Below are positions 25,193 to 37,148 of a stretch of DNA of 64,000 nucleotides, in pieces. Source of the stretch: Catajapyx aquilonaris (Eukaryota); assembly GCA_000934665.2 (NCBI GenBank), contig KZ538066.1:1-64000 (forward strand), written 5' to 3'. Below the pieces are notes generated by a model, which did not search any database, was not told where the DNA came from, and saw only the letters and a program-made list of their open reading frames with translations. Every line of letters begins with the position of its first letter. Position 1 is the first letter of the stretch. Position numbers and translations under genes: made by a program.

Positions 25193-26411
25193 CCTGGGGC
25201 ACGTCATGAGCCCCACGATTGGCTTCATGATGTCATATTCCGTGATTGGCTCATTTCCCTCCGACTTTTCCGCATAGACAGCTGGACTGTACTGTACATT
25301 ATATTATAGATAGATACAGGCGACATTTAGAAAAGTTCCACATTATTTTTGCCCCTACATTTTCAACCTGCTTTTAGCCAACGCGTACAAGGATGCACGT
25401 TTAGACACCCCCTGTACCAATACCCTGCAGCTCCTTCTTTCAAGAAACCCGATAATGCATTTGGAAAGCTGTTTGAATGTCCTTAGGCCTAGCCTAAAGG
25501 TGCGTTCCTAACCCTCCCACGCTGGAAACTTCCTGCGCGTCATCCCAGGTGTCTCTGAAGTAGTTTGTTTCCAACTCCCTGTGTCGTCTCCTTTCAGGAC
25601 TTAATGAATTGAGTTAGGCAGGCATCCTAATGCATTCACCTGTTTGCAAAGAGAGAGATGAGGCGGCCATTTTCGCCCAATTTCCACGTGACCTGGCCCT
25701 CCCTACCCCGCCTCCCCCCTCCCTTTCCACCCCACCTGACACAACACAAGAAGCGCTAATTGATTGGGTCAATCTGGAGTTTCCTTCACCGGGGAACTCC
25801 CTTCTCCCTAGCCCCTAATGTGATTTCCGCGCGTTGATTCGTCACAAGCGGGGGGGTCAAATTCAATCAATTATGTCTTTTATGGGCTCCTGTTGTAACC
25901 AATGGGGGGAGGGAGGGGTGGGGGAAGGAGTAGGGGGAAGGAGAAGTGAGCAGGACGGATGCGAAATTGCTGGAAGCATTGCGCGAATTTGCTTTTGCGG
26001 GTCGCCAATTAGGAAACAAGAGGGTCCCAGTCACCTTCAAGGGGACCCCTCTCACACGATATGACACACAGGAAATCACGTAGCTGCTACTGGTTCAGGC
26101 ACTTCTCATGTGCAATGTCAGCTGGTTTTCATATTGTGGATTGTAGTCACAGTGAAGAGCTATAACAATGTTAGTAGCTACATATTTATATTAGATAATA
26201 ATTTTTTTATTTATATACTGTTATCGGTTATATTACATATTTTATTATTTCAAGGATATTAGTTGCACGTTATTAGCTATTTTATATTAGTTACATGCTA
26301 TTTTTGGTCCCTTATTAGTTAACATGTAGGCAGAGCAATAATGTTAGACTTAGCGACATATTATTAGATTATTTTAGATTTCCAGTGTCATTGGTTACAT
26401 GATATTAGTTA

Positions 26412-26638
26412 TCTAATATCAGCTATGTGATACTAGTGATCTATTATCAGCTATGTGATACTAGTGATCTATTATCAGCTATGTGATACTAGTGATCTAT
26501 TATCAGCTATGTGATACTAGTGATCTATTATCAGCTATGTGATACTAGTGATCTATTATCAGCTATGTGATACTAGTGATCTATTATCAGCTATGTGATA
26601 CTAGTGATCTATTATCAGCTATGTGATATTAGTTATCT
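26412..26638. repeat. 28-bp tandem repeat (CTAGTGATCTATTATCAGCTATGTGATA)
   Basis: About 8 nearly identical copies. Confidence 0.95.
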
Positions 26639-28334
26639 GCGGCTTCGTTTTAAGCTGTTACTTTTAGTGGTTATCACAACTGATGGTATAATGTTAGGAC
26701 ACGTGCACTTCAGAAATGTGCGACTCAAAAATGGGTTCAATTATTGACATTGGATAACAATTGTTGCAATGGTTGGTATCAAAGGCATGAACAGCTAATC
26801 AGTTTTTTTGAAATTATTTTTTGATAATTCCTGAAAAAGGAATTGGTTAATAGAATCATCTTAAATTAATAAACCTCTTATGTATGGCGTCCATCTTGAA
26901 TTTATTTATAAAGTATCAAATTTTTAGCTGACTTTGTGTCCAATCACTGACTTATTGGCAGAGTATGACCCATGGCCCACTCATATTCAGGTTCGACATG
27001 GAGCAAATGACCTTATTCCTATACCACCTGGTGACTAATTGCCAATATTAATTAGCAGTACTTTTAAAAAAGAGTAAAAAAAACAGGAATTGAAACGGAA
27101 AAGGGGGGCAGACACAAGGGCGATTAAAGCCAGGCGCTGTGTGGGGCGCCATCTGGCGACTCCATCACTCTCCTTCAATTATTACTTTACTCCGGAATAA
27201 TTGGGGCGTTTTGTCAGCAATAGCCTGCTATATTAGGCTCATTCACGCGTGCCAGGTTTTCTTGACTTCAGCTGACCTCGACAAAGGCGCAGCTCTTCAA
27301 GGTTGCAGAAAAGTCCGCCATTTTCGGTCCAGATTAGGCCAAACCCAATGCAGATGACGCAATTTTTTGATCAATTTTTTCTGAATGTAAAATATAATAT
27401 CGTTTCAATCGACTTACTGTATCCTGAAGGAGAATGCCTAATATATGAAGTCTCGCCATTTATGATCCGGATTTTAGCCTCAACTATATGTATCCTGGTG
27501 TATCTATTGAGAATGGGAGAGCACATTGTTACAAAATCATTTAAAGAGAGTCATATAATCGCACAATTTGTTGGAATAGGTTCAGGTAGGTCACGTGTGC
27601 CTCCATTTTTGATCCACGTTCTGAAACATAAGTCATTGAACGCCAAATGAAGAAAGTTACGCCATTTTTGATCCACCTTCAATCAGGATCGGACTTGATC
27701 CAAAAATGATCGTGTGTCAGCCATATTGAGTCCGTCCCTATCTCTCCCGGCCGTCTTCTATCCTTATGCTCAGTATCCCCTAAAACTCATTAAGCCCACG
27801 GATCAGCACATAACTCAAACCCCTCTCATTATCGCCAAAATCCGTATCATATGCCCTAAAATTTTAGGCAAGAGATTAGCCCCCCTCCCCCACTCCCCAT
27901 AGTTTTCTAACCGTTCTTGGAACTAAAATATTAATGAAGCTTATTAAGTGAGGCCCTCCCTTCCCCCGCTTTTCCCCCCTCCCTGTTTTCGCATTCGCCT
28001 TATGACACAACATTCAGGCCCGACTTAGTTGGTAGAAACTTATCGCGCCATTCAGCACGCGGCATTTGTTAATTTTGGGCCGAATCCGGAGGAGGAGGGG
28101 GGGGGGGCTATAGACCTAAGGGGGTGGGGGGGGGGCTAATGGAATCAGCGCATATTAATTGGGCCGAGCGTGAGGAGGTCATAAACTTACCCTGGCTCCG
28201 ACTTGCGTTGGCATACACAAGCAGGGGACGACCCAAATTCCGTTCCGTGCTTATTTCGTTTCGGTCTATAAAATTGCTAAGAAGTTCATGGCTCTGGTAA
28301 TGCAGGCGGGATATTGCTGAAGTATATGATCGCC

Positions 28335-28625
28335 ATCTGGACCAAACATGGCGACACACACCCAACAGTGCAAGCTATGGCCTACCTTATGGGTGACATT
28401 AATCTGGACCAAACATGGCGACACACACCCAACAGTGCAAGCTATGGCCTACCTTATGGGTGACATTAATCTGGACCAAACATGGCGACACACACCCAAC
28501 AGTGTAAGCTATGGCCTACCTTATGGGTGACATTAATCTGGACCAAACATGGCGACACACGCCCAGCAGAGAACGTCTTATTTTATGTGACATTAATGTG
28601 GACCAAACATGGCGTACACACCCGA
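28335..28625. repeat. 67-bp tandem repeat carrying AACATGGCG
   Basis: Units start at 28335, 28402, 28469 and 28536, followed by one diverged unit. Confidence 0.92.
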
Positions 28626-28641
28626 CACAGCAAACTGTGAC

Positions 28642-28908
28642 GTACTCGAAAAAAATTCGAGTGAAAATGTCACTCAAAAAAACTGCTCTTTTTGAGTGAA
28701 TTTAACTCCGAAAATAATATTTACTTTAACTCGAATTGAGTGGAAGATTACTCGAATGAAGAGTGAAAATGAGTGGGGGGATTGCTTTTTCATTGAGTGA
28801 AATCCATTTCGCTCGCTTTCAGTGGTTCTTCACTCGAATCTGAGTGGATTTTCGCTCAACCCGAAAGGGGGAAAAACGATCATCCATTCGCATTCATATT
28901 TTTACGAA
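28642..28908. mobile_element. Possible degenerate MITE with CACTC/GAGTG subrepeats
   Basis: A block dense in actcgaa / gagtg(a/g)a motifs in both orientations that interrupts the GGACCAAACATGGCG array. The termini are not clean. Confidence 0.35.
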
Positions 28909-31055
28909 ATCTGGACCAAACATGGCGGCATCCAATTTAGGCATGGACAGCTTCCATTTTACACAAAAACGTAACTCAATGGGACTAGATATTGCCAAAA
29001 AAATTTAATGCAATTTAGCGGTATAACTGCAATGATGTAGTGCAATGGAAATATTGAGGAACACTACTTCCCTCGGGTGGATGCCGCCATATTTAGTCCA
29101 TATTGAAAGGTAGGCCATTGGTGCATGGTGAGTTCTGCCATGTTTGGTCCAGATTGGTGTTAGATATTTATAAAAGGCAGGCTGCTGGCCAGGATTGGTG
29201 TGCATTTAATGTGAAATAAGATCTTCCTTTCAATCTGTAAGTAGGTGGATGCCCCATATGTAGTCCGTATTGCTGTTCCGCCATTTTTGATCCAAATATC
29301 CTGCATATTTTCAAGGCAAGCTAGAGAGCGCTGATTGTTCGAAAGGAGGTAGGACATGTTCAGCCATTTTTGATTCAGATTGGTGTTAGGTTGGTTCCAC
29401 CATTTATGATCCAGTATTCCGCAGATTTTAAACGATCAAGGCAGAGAGCGCTCATTATCGTCAAGTAGAGGTGTGACATATCTTGATGAGTTCCGCCATT
29501 TTTGGTCCAAACCGCCTGGCATTTCGCGGTCTGGAATCATTACTTTTATTTATTTATTTATTTTTAAACTGGCTAAGCAGCCAGGCTTCTAACTCCTGGA
29601 AGCGGTTGGAAGCGTAACATCCGCCCAGTCGCAATCCGTCATCATTATTGGCGACGGTTGCCAGCAGCAACGCTTCTCTCTCTTCTCTCTCTCTCTCGCT
29701 CTTTCTGGTGCGACCAAATAACCGTCGCATCCTCCACATGTCCGAATTAGTCCTCGACGCAAGCAGTCAAGTTTGCTCGTTTGTAAGGCCTTCCCCCGGC
29801 GAAAAGGCAAACCAGCAACAGCTTCTCTCCAACAATGGGCTTATTCCGCAATAATTAGGCGTCCCCCCTCCCCCTCTCCTCCTTCTCCTCCTCCTCCTCC
29901 TTCCAAGAGTTAATTTTGAGCCCAGCCGTTTCACGCACAAGTGATCTCAGAGAGTTAAAAGGGATTCGCTTTCTCCACCCTCTACCACCCACTCTGCGAA
30001 ATTTCCTTCCGGAAGTAGGGGAGGAAGGAGTGGGGAGGAGGGGAGAAATGGAGAGAAAAAAAAATCGTCAGTGGCATAGTGCAAAGTAATGGAGTCTCTT
30101 GAGGGGACCGTCATCGTCATGGAAACGCTCGCACGACGGTGGGGGGTTGTGCTCTAGAGTTATTTGGTTCAGAGGGGGTGGGGGGGGGGGGGGAGCCAAT
30201 CAGCGTTCGTGCCATCATGTTCCATATTGAACCCCCATTTTTTTGTTGCGACTAAATTGGCTGATTTTTAAAAAATGACTTTGCTTTTAAAAAACTGGGG
30301 GCTCGTGAGATCTGTACCAATTTGTGTCATCTCTTATCCTGTTGTGCCTATTTGAACCGATATGTGCCATTTTGTACCCATTTTGTGCCTATTTACGCCA
30401 TTCTGTTCCATCCCGTACCATTCTGTGCCAGTCTCTGACGATTCGTGTCGATTTGCGAAATTGTGTGCCTATGTGTGCGATTCTGTACCGGATGATGTGC
30501 CTCTCCCTCTGCCATTACGGGCTAGTTTCGCCATATTCGTTCCATTTTGTGCCAATCTACGACAATCTGTGATTATTTGTACCAATTTGCACAATTTTGT
30601 GCCTGGTTGTGCCGTTCTGTCAAGGTGTTTCTTGTTTTGTGCTAATTTGTATCTATTTTTACCATTTTTGTGCCTATTTGTGCAAATAGGTGCCACATTA
30701 TGCCAATATGTGACAGTCTACGTATTTTTGTGCTTCTTTGTGCCATCTTGTAGCAATATTGTGCCTTTTTGTGCCATTCTCTGCCAACTTCTGTCATTCC
30801 ATATCAAGAAGTATCATTCGATTACGACCGTTTTGTGCCCATATGTACCTATTTGTGCCTATTGCCCTATTTGTACCTACTTGTGCTACTCGGTGCCAAA
30901 TTATGCCAAGCTGTGACAGTCTACGTCTTTTGGTGCCTCTTTGTGCCATTCTCTGCCAACTCTTGTTATTCCATGTCAAGACGTACCGGTACCATTTCGT
31001 TACGACCGTTTTGTGCCTATTTGTACCAATTTGTGCCCTTTCGGGCTTGTTTGTA

Positions 31056-31542
31056 CTATAGGGTTCAAATGGTTTTTGGCCACCTTATCCACAGGTCTTG
31101 AAGCAATCCTTCTCTCTCTCTCTCTCTCATACACACACACAGAGGCATGTCTTCACTAAGGTGTGCGGACGTGGAAACTGAACTTTTCGTAGCTAGTGTA
31201 AACTAACCTAACCTAACCTAACCTAACCTAACCTACCCTACCCTACCTACCCTACCCTAACTAACCTAGGCTGAGAGAAATGGACTTTTGTGAAACCCTG
31301 CAAAACGAAATAGTGGGGACATGTCCCCACTGTAACGGTGATATTCTCGTGGGTCAAGCTGTGGGGACCGAAAATGTCCCCACAATTAGGTCAACGTCCC
31401 CAGAGTTACAGTAACACACCTGTTTCCGTCCCCAGACCTTATTGAAGACAAGACACACATATACATATCCTCACCGTGGGGCCGGTGCGAAGGGTTGCTT
31501 CAAGACCATGATAAAGTGGCCATGACCATTTGACCCCCATAG
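31056..31542. mobile_element. TA-flanked MITE (family 2, copy a) carrying a nested insertion
   Basis: Arms CTATAGGGTTCAAATGG..TGGCCACCTTATCC.AGGTCTTGAAGCAATCCTT / AAGGGTTGCTTCAAGACCATGATAAAGTGGCCA..CCATTTGACCCCCATAG, with TA on both flanks. Same family as 56315-56454, in the opposite orientation. Confidence 0.8.
31144..31454. mobile_element. Nested TIR element containing (TAACC)n
   Basis: Imperfect TIRs GGCATGTCTTCACTAAGGT / ACCTTATTGAAGACAAGAC, (TAACC)n at about 31204-31268, and GTGGGGAC/GTCCCCAC motifs. It sits in a CA-rich tract of the host MITE. Confidence 0.7.
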
Positions 31543-32334
31543 TACCATATTTGTGCCTATTTGTGCCATTCTGTTCAAATTTTTGGCACCAACTGCAATT
31601 CAAAACGGATTTTACAACATCGAAGAGTGTAGTGTTGAACACATTTTGAATTGCTTTCAATTGAAACTCTCTCTATGATTCGAAGTCGAAGGCGATGTAA
31701 GTGTCGTAGGCTCTATCCTTCCAATTCCACCAACCCAAATCAGACATGACCTGACACTTGCTGGAGGGTTGGCCTTTCCAAATAAAGGCAACAGCATAGT
31801 GGGGGGTATCCGCCTGGTGCATTTTCCACCCACTATCCAGTTAGGCGGGGCAAGTTATGGTGACAAAAGTAAGCCAGGTCTTGCCACCCACCCCGGAGCC
31901 AGGCCTAGCCAGCCAATAAGAGTAAAACATCTCGTTTGGCTCATGTAGGCTGGCAGCACCCCTGGAGCTCGACTTTCATTTTCTGAGCCATTAAACAAAT
32001 CTGGAAGTGACTGAAGGCCCTAATTTTCTAATTCGTTACTGTAATCCACCCCCATCGTAAAAGACGACATAGAAAGAGGGGGAAGGCGGGGAGGGACGAG
32101 GGAAGGGGGGGATTTTCAAAGTACTGGGGGGCTGTGGAATGCCGAATTAAGAGCCAATTTCGGCCCGGTTCCTATGCACGCATCTCAAAGCCCTGGTTTA
32201 GAGCCTGGTTGTGTACAGGAGTATGGTAGCAGACCTGAAGCTGAAATTAGCCTCTAACAGAGGCCATCCTCACTGTACCTGACGAGTCGTAATGAAGAGG
32301 CTAATTTCCGCATCAGATTTTACACATTTCCTCG

Positions 32335-32556
32335 CATGTACCGACTTGGAGGTGTTATTTTGTAATCAACATTACCGTCTACAAGTCAGTACTGTATACG
32401 GTACCAAGTCGGTACATGAATCAGTACCGGTACATTGTGATGTACTATTTTCAAGTCAGTACATCTGAACGATAGGTTGTCTACAATTCAGTACTGTAAA
32501 CGGAATTTGACGTGCAAGTCGGTACATCGTGATGTACCATTTTCAAGTCAGTACAT
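32335..32556. repeat. Short CAAGTC(A/G)GTAC repeat island next to the exon A donor
   Basis: About 6 caagtcagtac / caagtcggtac units. Confidence 0.7.
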
Positions 32557-32589
32557 TGCAAGGAAAGTGAGGAGAAAGTGTCAGCTGAC

Positions 32590-32696
32590 CTTGTATCCTC
32601 CAAGATGGTTGACAATGCAGGTGAAGGAAACGTCTCGTCCCTTGGCAATTGTTGCATTCTTCAGTGGGAAGACAAACTCCGGCTCGTAGCTCCTCA
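32590..32696 (-). CDS. Coding exon A (start of Ig domain 1) of a Dpr-interacting protein, DIP-alpha/beta-like (lachesin/IgLON-type Ig CAM)
   Basis: Manual translation, not in the ORF track: acceptor ctactcccgcag|TG, then RSYEPEFVFPLKNATIAKGRDVSFTCIVNHLGGYK, donor AAG|GTCAGC. Length is 107 nt (phase 1 in, phase 0 out). The EP(E/D)F...N.T...GRD..FTC.V..LGG pattern is the known N-terminus of DIP Ig1, and the exon splices in frame to exon B. Confidence 0.93.
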
Positions 32697-33229
32697 CTGC
32701 GGGAGTAGACAAAAGTAGAATAAAATGACACGTATTTTTTGTAAGGAAGGCAAGTTAAGAGTGCTGTTAGGCTTAAAATGGCGGTGCAATCTGCACACAG
32801 TTGGGTGCAAATTCCGTAGTAGGAAAGTGGGGTGGGGTGGGGGGGTCGCCACTTAAAACGGAGGCCATACATCTTGCCTTAATTCGGGGGGTGGGGTAAT
32901 GAATTCGGTATTTTCTGCTCCGGGGTTTTATACCCGCCACTCGAAGAAGGGGAGGCCCGAAGGAAGGAGGGAGATAGTCGAGAGGGGGTGAGATGGTTGT
33001 CCAACTATCTTAAGGAGTCCGGACATAAATTAAGACCCCCAAGCCTTACGCGGTTTTCCGGACCCGAGTTGCGTGGAAAATCCGGGTTGTCAGGGATGTG
33101 CGAAGGGGCAGGCCCGATGCGACACTGAGAGACTGCGTGCTTTACATTGGGTTGTAAAAATTCACAAAAGGGCAACCCTGTCACGTGTAATTACGGGACA
33201 GAAATAAGTTAAAATTGCACTAGAATGCG

Positions 33230-34170
33230 TTTGACTCGTTAGTTCGTTCGTTAGTTCATATGGTTTTTTGCTTGTTTATTCTTTTGTTCATTCATTCGTT
33301 TAAAAAAAAATCATTGATTCATTCCCTTGTTCGGTTGTTTGTTTATTATTTTGGTCAATATTATTGTTTTCAGTTCATTCATTCCTTTGTTTGTTCGATC
33401 CTTTGTTCGTTCGTTCAACATTCATTAGTTCATTAATTAGTTACTATAGTTAGTTAGTTAGCTGGTTCATTAGTTCGGTCTTTCGTTCGTTTGTTATTTC
33501 ATTAGTTAGTAGTTACATTGTTAGTTAGCTAGTTTGTTAGTTACATTGTAAGTTAGTTAGTTAGTTAGTTACATAGTTAGTTAGTTACATTGCTTGCTTG
33601 TTTGTTAGTTAGTTACAGTGTTAGTTTGTTAGTTTGTTAGTTACAGTGTTAGTTTGTTAGTTACAGTGTTAGTTTGTTAGTTTGTTAGTTACAGTGTTAG
33701 TTTGTTAGTTACAGTGTTAGTTTGTTAGTTACAGTGATAGTTTGTTAGTTACAGTGTTAGTTTGTTAGTTACATTGTTTATTTGTTAGTTTGTTAGTTAC
33801 AGTGTTAGTTTGTTAGTTACATTGTTAGTTAGTTACATTGTTTGTTACATCGTTCGTTCGTTCTTTCGTTCGTTCGTCCTTTCATTAATTAGTTCATTAG
33901 CTAGTTACTGTAGTTAGTTTGTTGGTTCATTAGTTAATTACTGTAGTTTGTTCGTTCGTTCGTTAGTTCGTTAATTAGTTAGTTGATTTGCTAGTTTGTT
34001 AATAAGTTAGTTGATTTGTTAGTTAGTTTGTTAATTAGTTGATTTGTTTGTTAGTTTGTTAATTAGTTGATTTGTTTGTTAGTCAATTGGTTGGTTGGTT
34101 CATGAGTTAGTTAGTCTGTTTTTACATTCATTTATTTGTTCGTTCGTTCATTTGTTTGTTTGTTAACCAG
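33230..34170. repeat. Compound (GTTA/GTTT/GTTC)n microsatellite with a 20-28 bp superstructure
   Basis: gttagtttgttagttacagt units at 33600-33840. Confidence 0.9.
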
Positions 34171-35061
34171 CTGTACCTAATTTGGGTTAATACCGCTCCT
34201 AAATCACTTATTTCCTTGGAACTTCATACCTATAACACTCACAATCACTGTCTACCGAACGTCCATTAGTGAGTGGGACAGTCCTGTCCGAAACAGTCCC
34301 GCTTAAAATTCGGTCAGATAAAACCTAACAAGAGAGAGCGAACTAACGGTGCAAAAGTTTTGATATCGAGTCGAGTTAATGGTCCGGGTAGTATATAATT
34401 CTTTTATCTGGAGTGTAGTATACGGAAACTGGAGAAGGAGTATAGTTATTGGTCCCCAGGCGCTTCTTCCTCTCTGTTGCAAAACCCGATATCGCTACGA
34501 CTATCATGGATTTCTTTTTTTTTTCTCTCTCTTATAGGAGGGAAGGTTGGTTGGCTTTCCGAATCAAGTTGTTGAAACTCGGTTGGATTGGCAGCCCTGG
34601 AGGCAATAGAGTGACCATAACCCCCAGGGCTTCTCTCCCTCCCCCCCCCCCTTTTGCGGCTGATGGTCTCTCATTGTGCTTAAGTTAAGTGCGGCCATTG
34701 TCGGTATGGGGGAGGGGGGGGGGGACTCCAACCCCTAGGATTGCTTCCAGGAGGAGGAGTTTATCGATAGAGGGAGTGGACATTCAATGGACAGATTTTT
34801 TTGGGGGGAAAGCCGGACGGAAACTGACGGATTTTGAGGTTTGTCCGACACCCTCTTCATGGGACAGTCGGCAACGTTGCATGCCAGGAATTGAGACAGA
34901 AGTCAATGTTATGTAGGAATTATGTTATTCCATTATTACATGTAACTAAAACAAAGCAGGTCCCTGTAATTTATTCAAAATAATAAACAACTAAAATAAT
35001 GTAATAATAATTATATCGTAGTAGCCTACATAATTATAATACGCACGTAGTGGAAGAGGAA

Positions 35062-35790
35062 AAGTTCGCTTGTTAGTGCATTCTTTTGTTTTTTTGTCAA
35101 TTATTAATTCATTTGTTGATTATTTTGTTAGTTCATTCCTTCATTAGTTTGTTGGTTCATTCCTTCATAAGTTTGCTTGTTCATTCATTCATTAGTTTGC
35201 TTGTTCATTGGTCAATTCATTCCTTAGTTTGCTTGTTCATTGGTCAATTCATTCCTTAGTTTGCTTGTTCATTGGTTAGTTCATTCCTTAGTTTGCTTGT
35301 TCATTGGTTAGTTCATTCATTTGTTTGTTCTTTTGTTGTTTCATTCATTCCTTGCTTCATTTGTTCACTTTTTGTTGCTATATTCATTCGTTTTGGTTCA
35401 TTCTTTTGTTGTTTCATTTGTTCGTTCGTTCGTTCGTTCGTTCATTTTTTTGTTCAGTTGTTTGCGTGTTTGTTAATTCGTTAGTTCATTAATAATTTGA
35501 ACCATCGCTCCTTCGTTTGTTCGTCTGTTCATTTGTTCGTTGGTTGGTTCACTAAGTCATCAATTCGAGATGAATGAATCACTTAGTGAATTAACAAACA
35601 AATAAACGAATGAATGAACCAACAAAATAACAAAAGAAACGAACAAACGAACAAGGAAATGAACAAAATGAATGCGTTTGTTTGTTCATTTCTGGTTCAT
35701 TCATTTGTTCATTTCCTTGTTCGTTTCTTTTGTTATTTCGTTGGTTCATTCATTCGCGTATTTGTTTGTTTGCCTATTTGTTAACCAGCG
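35062..35790. repeat. Compound (TTCA/TTTG/GTTC)n microsatellite with an internal inversion
   Basis: A T-rich array whose 35570-35675 segment is in the opposite (A-rich) orientation. Confidence 0.85.
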
Positions 35791-37148
35791 ATACTTAATT
35801 TAAGTTAACACCAGTTCTAAATGGATTCTTTGTAAAACCCAAGTTAAACGTACTTGGCCTCATTTTTTCCCCGGAGTTTTAAGTTAACCCAGTTCAAATC
35901 CTGCAAAAAAAACAACCTAAAAAGTACTTAAGTGCCACAACATTTCCGGAGCCCAAATTCATCCAACCTTATCCGATTTTTCTGTCCTCTTTTTTTTTGC
36001 CCAAGAACTTGTAGCAAAACAGTAGAGTACTTAGGGTTTAGCCAAACGGGTCGGCGGTAATGAAAGTGACACAGAAGAAGAAATATATTGCCCGGAAGTT
36101 CTTTGCAAAAAAAAAAAGCCGCCTTAGAGTAAATACGCCGCTTCAAGAAAAGCCGCAAAAAAAAGCAGAGGGGGTTTTGTAGGAAATTAAAAATGTGCCA
36201 AAACGCATACTTTTCGCCCCCCGCTTTTTTTAAACAAAAAAGATATACGACCAGTTTTTTGGTTCAGATTTTTTTTTTTTTTGGTCGCGTAATATTTCAA
36301 AGTCCGCATCCGCATCGTGCAGCAGTTTATAACACCTGATTGTTCGCATTGCACAAGGATGGTTGAATAGCATCTTGATTCTTTACTCGGTGGTATCAGT
36401 AGGGGTATCGATCGCCCAATTTTTTTTTTCACGTACAAAAAAAAAAAATCGCTGAACATTTTTGTATGCAGGCGACTGCGATGCGAGATTTCCGCAGCTA
36501 ATTCGCCGCTATTCATCCCCCTTCAGCTATATGGGCACGAGGGTGTGAAGGAGACTTTTCGATGGTGGCCTGCAGAAGTCGCCACAAAAAAAAAAATCGG
36601 CCGCAAAAAAAAAAAAAAAAAGTGTCGAAAGGCGAAAATGTCACCGACGTGGTCTGGCTGGAGGGGGGGAGGGATGGGGGGAGGAGGAGAAGCGAGACGG
36701 TTTTTCTCCAGAGTGCTGAAGTGGCAAGTGGTAAATGCGACTATTGTGCACTGCCATTCGTGCCAAACCTACCCGATTCCAACAGGATAGGGAGGAAGGG
36801 GGGGGGAAGGGGGGAAGAATTGAGAAGCCTGGAGGCTATTTATTAGAATGAGGGGGGATAAGGTTGGCAACCCTGCTTGGATGTGTGTGGGCCCAATAGG
36901 AGTCAATAGAAGGTGTAATGGAGATGCACAATGCAAGGCTCTTTGAAGGTAATGCACCGTGTGGCTCACAAGTCTCGGGTCGCATCTGGCCGGAGTGTGA
37001 GCTGGTGTGACGTCATATCTTTCTTTGGTTTAACGGATTATTGGAGACCGAAATGTTTGTCTTGATAGTTGATATCGGTGTATAAATATAGCAGTATACA
37101 TGTGTGCTCGTAATGGTTATTTGAAGCAGTTATTCTTGATTGGTTATA

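Larger units (their letters stand above)
30312..31585. repeat. TTTGTGCC-cored degenerate repeat island
   Basis: Dense ttgtgcc / ttgtacc units; this is the source of the Cys/Phe-rich pseudo-ORFs at 30324-31159. Confidence 0.85.

Noticed and set aside
26412..28625. 28-bp and 67-bp arrays as possible CRISPR arrays
   Set aside because: The units are head-to-tail with no unique spacers, there are no cas genes, and the context is eukaryotic.
30324..31159. Cys/Phe-rich ORFs up to 184 aa
   Set aside because: They are products of the stop-poor TTTGTGCC repeat island and overlap in all frames.
31204..31268. (TAACC)n as a true telomere or chromosome fusion site
   Set aside because: It is only about 65 bp, degenerate, in a single orientation, and enclosed within TIRs of a small element.
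32560..32589. In-frame extension of exon A through an alternative downstream donor
   Set aside because: Read-through gives GTC AGC TGA (Val-Ser-stop).
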